DNA from: Ruthenibacterium sp.
Lineage (GTDB): Bacteria; Bacillota; Clostridia; Oscillospirales; Ruminococcaceae
Direction of reading: 5' to 3'
DNA length: 64,000 nt
Assembly: GCA_020025255.1 (NCBI GenBank)
Contig: JAHHSK010000001.1
Coordinates: forward strand, 98-64,097
Positions 61,456-64,000 of this stretch are shown here, piece by piece (within the stretch, counting starts at the first letter, position 1; each line of letters begins with the position of its first letter). The notes under the pieces are model-generated. The model had not been told where the DNA came from and searched no databases. It saw only the letters and a list, made by a program, of their open reading frames with translations. Made by a program: the position numbers and the translations under genes.

Positions 61456-63000
61456 TCAGCACAAAGGCGCAGCGATCCGCAGCACCGCATCCAGCAGACG
61501 GCTCCAGAAATGACGGTTGCAATCCGCAAGAGTCACTTCCCGACTTTTGGAAAGCGTATCCATAACATCCTTCTTCAAATCCTTCAAAATCGGACAGCGG
61601 TAAAAATAGCTCCCGCATTCAAAATGAAGATACAAACTGCGGTAATCCATATTTATGGTTCCGATCACACCGATGCTGTCATCGGCCAAATAGCTTTTTG
61701 CATGAATAAATCCCGGAGTATATTCAAAAATGCGCACACCTGCACGCAGCAGCGGTTCGTAATAGGAATGGGTAAGGCGATATACGATTTTTTTATCAGG
61801 CACTCCCGGTGTAATGATGCGCACATCCACACCGCGCTTCGCTGCCGCACAGATTGCCGCCTGCAACACATCATCTATTATCAGATACGGTGTATAGATA
61901 TACACATAATCTTTTGCCTGTGCCAAAATATCGGAATATACCCCCACACTGACCGCCTCTTTTTCAATCGGCGAATCTGCAAACGGCTGTACCCAGCCTT
62001 CCCCGTGGAACGCTTCGGGATGAAACGCATGCGGTCGGAAAGAATCTATGGATTCTTCTGAACTTTCCGGACGGTAGGCATGCCAAAATTCCAAAAACAT
62101 TGCCGTAAAATTCCATACTGCCTCACCCTGTAAGCGTACCCCTGTATCCTTCCAATAGCCATACAGCGATATTTCATTGATATATTCATCCGAAATATTG
62201 ATTCCGCCATTGAACACCGTATGCCCATCGATCACCATGATTTTTCGATGATCGCGATTATTCATCACCAGCGACAATACCGGGACAAACGGATTGAACA
62301 TCAGCGTTTTGATTCCCATGCTTTCCAGCTTTTTTGCAAAATCATCCGGAAGCAGAAACAAACTTCCCATATCATCACAAATCAAGCGGATATCCACCCC
62401 TTGTGATGCTTTCCTTCGCAGGATTTCTTCGATCCGGTTCCACATTTTACCCGGATGAATAATAAAATATTCAAGAAAAATAAAATGCTCTGCCTGCTCC
62501 AACGCACAGACCATATCCTCGAACATTTCTTCCCCGCATGCGTAATATTTTACCTGTGTATTGGTATAAACCGGATACCCGGATGCATTTTCAATATAGC
62601 GGCTGCAGGACGCCGTGCGCTTATCGGCATCCCTCAGTGCTTCAGCGGCTGCTATATCCGGCGAAAGCTGCGGAAGGATTTTATTATGCTGCTGAGAAAG
62701 CTTCTGTTTCATTCGGCGCGCAGGAAGCTGCCCTCCAAACAGCAAATACAAAACACCGCCCGCAACCGGAAACAACAAAATCAGGATGATCCAACCGATT
62801 TTGAACCCCGGTACATCATCACTATGTATAATATACAGGATAATCAGTATACTTACCAGCGTAAAGGCAATATCGATCCACACCGAATAAGCTGTCAGCT
62901 TCCAAAAAAATACTCCCAGCCATACCAGCTGCAAAAAAATCATCAGCCCTGTAATGAATACTCTTCCGCAAAAAAATTTGAGAACTTTTTTCATCTGCAT
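61456..63000 (-). CDS. cls: Cardiolipin synthase
   Basis: Two HKD motifs (HRKIMVID, HAKSYLAD), N-terminal TMs; ATG 63000 after AGGGAG. Confidence 0.92.
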   Translation of the reverse strand: MQMKKVLKFFCGRVFITGLMIFLQLVWLGVFFWKLTAYSVWIDIAFTLVSILIILYIIHSDDVPGFKIGWIILILLFPVAGGVLYLLFGGQLPARRMKQKLSQQHNKILPQLSPDIAAAEALRDADKRTASCSRYIENASGYPVYTNTQVKYYACGEEMFEDMVCALEQAEHFIFLEYFIIHPGKMWNRIEEILRRKASQGVDIRLICDDMGSLFLLPDDFAKKLESMGIKTLMFNPFVPVLSLVMNNRDHRKIMVIDGHTVFNGGINISDEYINEISLYGYWKDTGVRLQGEAVWNFTAMFLEFWHAYRPESSEESIDSFRPHAFHPEAFHGEGWVQPFADSPIEKEAVSVGVYSDILAQAKDYVYIYTPYLIIDDVLQAAICAAAKRGVDVRIITPGVPDKKIVYRLTHSYYEPLLRAGVRIFEYTPGFIHAKSYLADDSIGVIGTINMDYRSLYLHFECGSYFYRCPILKDLKKDVMDTLSKSREVTLADCNRHFWSRLLDAVLRIAAPLC

Positions 63001-63194
63001 CTCCCTGTTTTTCATATCCGCTATCATCTGGGTTTATTATAATAATATAGCAATATCCGATCAAAAGCGCAAGGTTGCCATGCTGCTGCTTTCCTTTTAA
63101 ATTTTGTCGCCCTTCCTTTTTCGCCCCAAAAGAATAGACGACAGCCGTTTTCCGTGGTATTATCTCAAAAGAACATATGAAAGGAGAATTTCCA

Positions 63195-63575
63195 ATGAAC
63201 CATGAAGATCTTCTAAATGAAGTAAAACAATCAAACGAGCTTGCGCGCCGTCAGCTTTTATGGACGCGGATTGCCGCAGCACTTCTTGCCGTGCTGCTGG
63301 TTGCCGTCATTGTATGCGTTGGCGGCACAATGAACAGCCTTAGCCGTATCCACGCGCAGATCGAACAGGTCGATCTTGCGGCGATTTCCCGTCAGCTTTC
63401 ACTCTTGGATACACAAGGGCTGAGCGAAGCGATTTCCGGCCTGGACGTCGAAGCATTCAATGATGCCATTAACAATCTGAATTCTGCGGTTCAGGAACTG
63501 AAAAGTGCATCTGAGGCAGCAAAAGCATGGGGCGACCGTATATCCGAAGGGCTCGGAGGCTTATTTTCAAAATAA
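63195..63575 (+). CDS. Hypothetical single-TM coiled-coil protein
   Basis: AAGGAG RBS, one TM, heptad-like C-terminus. Confidence 0.7.
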   Translation: MNHEDLLNEVKQSNELARRQLLWTRIAAALLAVLLVAVIVCVGGTMNSLSRIHAQIEQVDLAAISRQLSLLDTQGLSEAISGLDVEAFNDAINNLNSAVQELKSASEAAKAWGDRISEGLGGLFSK

Positions 63576-63591
63576 TCGATCCGTTAACCGC

Positions 63592-63633
63592 AAAGCGGGA
63601 CGGCTCCTAAGGGGAGCGTCCCGCTTTTCTTTC
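63592..63633. terminator. Terminator between convergent genes
   Basis: AAAGCGGGACG...CGTCCCGCTTTTCTTT. Confidence 0.7.
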
Positions 63634-63664
63634 TGTCCTTTTTGCGAAGCTGCTGTATTTTGTC

Positions 63665-64000
63665 TTATGCGTTTTCTTCCCGGTGCTCTGCAAGATATTC
63701 CTCGGCAAATTTGGAGGCAACCGCTCCATCCGATGCTGCCGTTACGATCTGGCGCAAAGGCTTCGTGCGCACATCGCCTACTGCAAACACGCCGGGGATG
63801 GAAGTACGGGTCGTTTCATCTGCTATGATATAGCCTGCTTCGTCCAGTTCCAGTATGCCCTCAAACATTTTCGTATTGGGAACACGCCCTACTGCCACAA
63901 ACACACCGCTGCATTCTTTTTCCGTGCGGGAGCCATCCACTGCATTTTCCAGCACAACGCCCGTGATTTTTTTATCATATTTAAATTCCGCAACCCGGGA
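63665..64000 (-). CDS. trxB: Thioredoxin reductase (3' part; runs off the window)
   Basis: GVFVAVG..PN, TSIPGVFAVGDVR.K.LRQIVTAASDGAVA. Confidence 0.88.
   Translation of the reverse strand, partial: SRVAEFKYDKKITGVVLENAVDGSRTEKECSGVFVAVGRVPNTKMFEGILELDEAGYIIADETTRTSIPGVFAVGDVRTKPLRQIVTAASDGAVASKFAEEYLAEHREENA

Overview
A mostly housekeeping chromosomal segment from a moderately GC-rich, clostridial-type Firmicute (gene content suggests an Oscillospiraceae-like gut bacterium; this is inference). It carries pepT, cysS, murD, a type III glutamine synthetase, proC, a complete F1Fo ATP synthase operon whose c-subunit has a Na+-type two-glutamate motif, MarR/ABC and GntR modules, a sigH-like sigma factor, a MATE transporter, tex, yfhO, dusB, polA, rimI, tsaD, nnrD, a PhoBR-like pair, tcdA, dedA, cls and the 3' end of trxB. 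I saw no rRNA, canonical tRNA, CRISPR array, intact transposase or prophage. The most notable signals are non-coding or partial. (1) A 70-nt non-canonical tRNA-like cloverleaf sits between the sigH-like gene and the RBS of a small double zinc-ribbon gene. (2) A strand-specific ~135-nt rod-like RNA structure lies in the tsaD/HAD convergent gap. (3) A BilQ-like regulator directly abuts a BilS-like flavodoxin with no bilR reductase between them. (4) A 246-bp MITE-like element has duplicated a terminator hairpin. (5) A frameshifted UDP-sugar 2-epimerase remnant precedes an orphan WbuB-like glycosyltransferase. All family calls come from recognising motifs by eye; no database searches were run.
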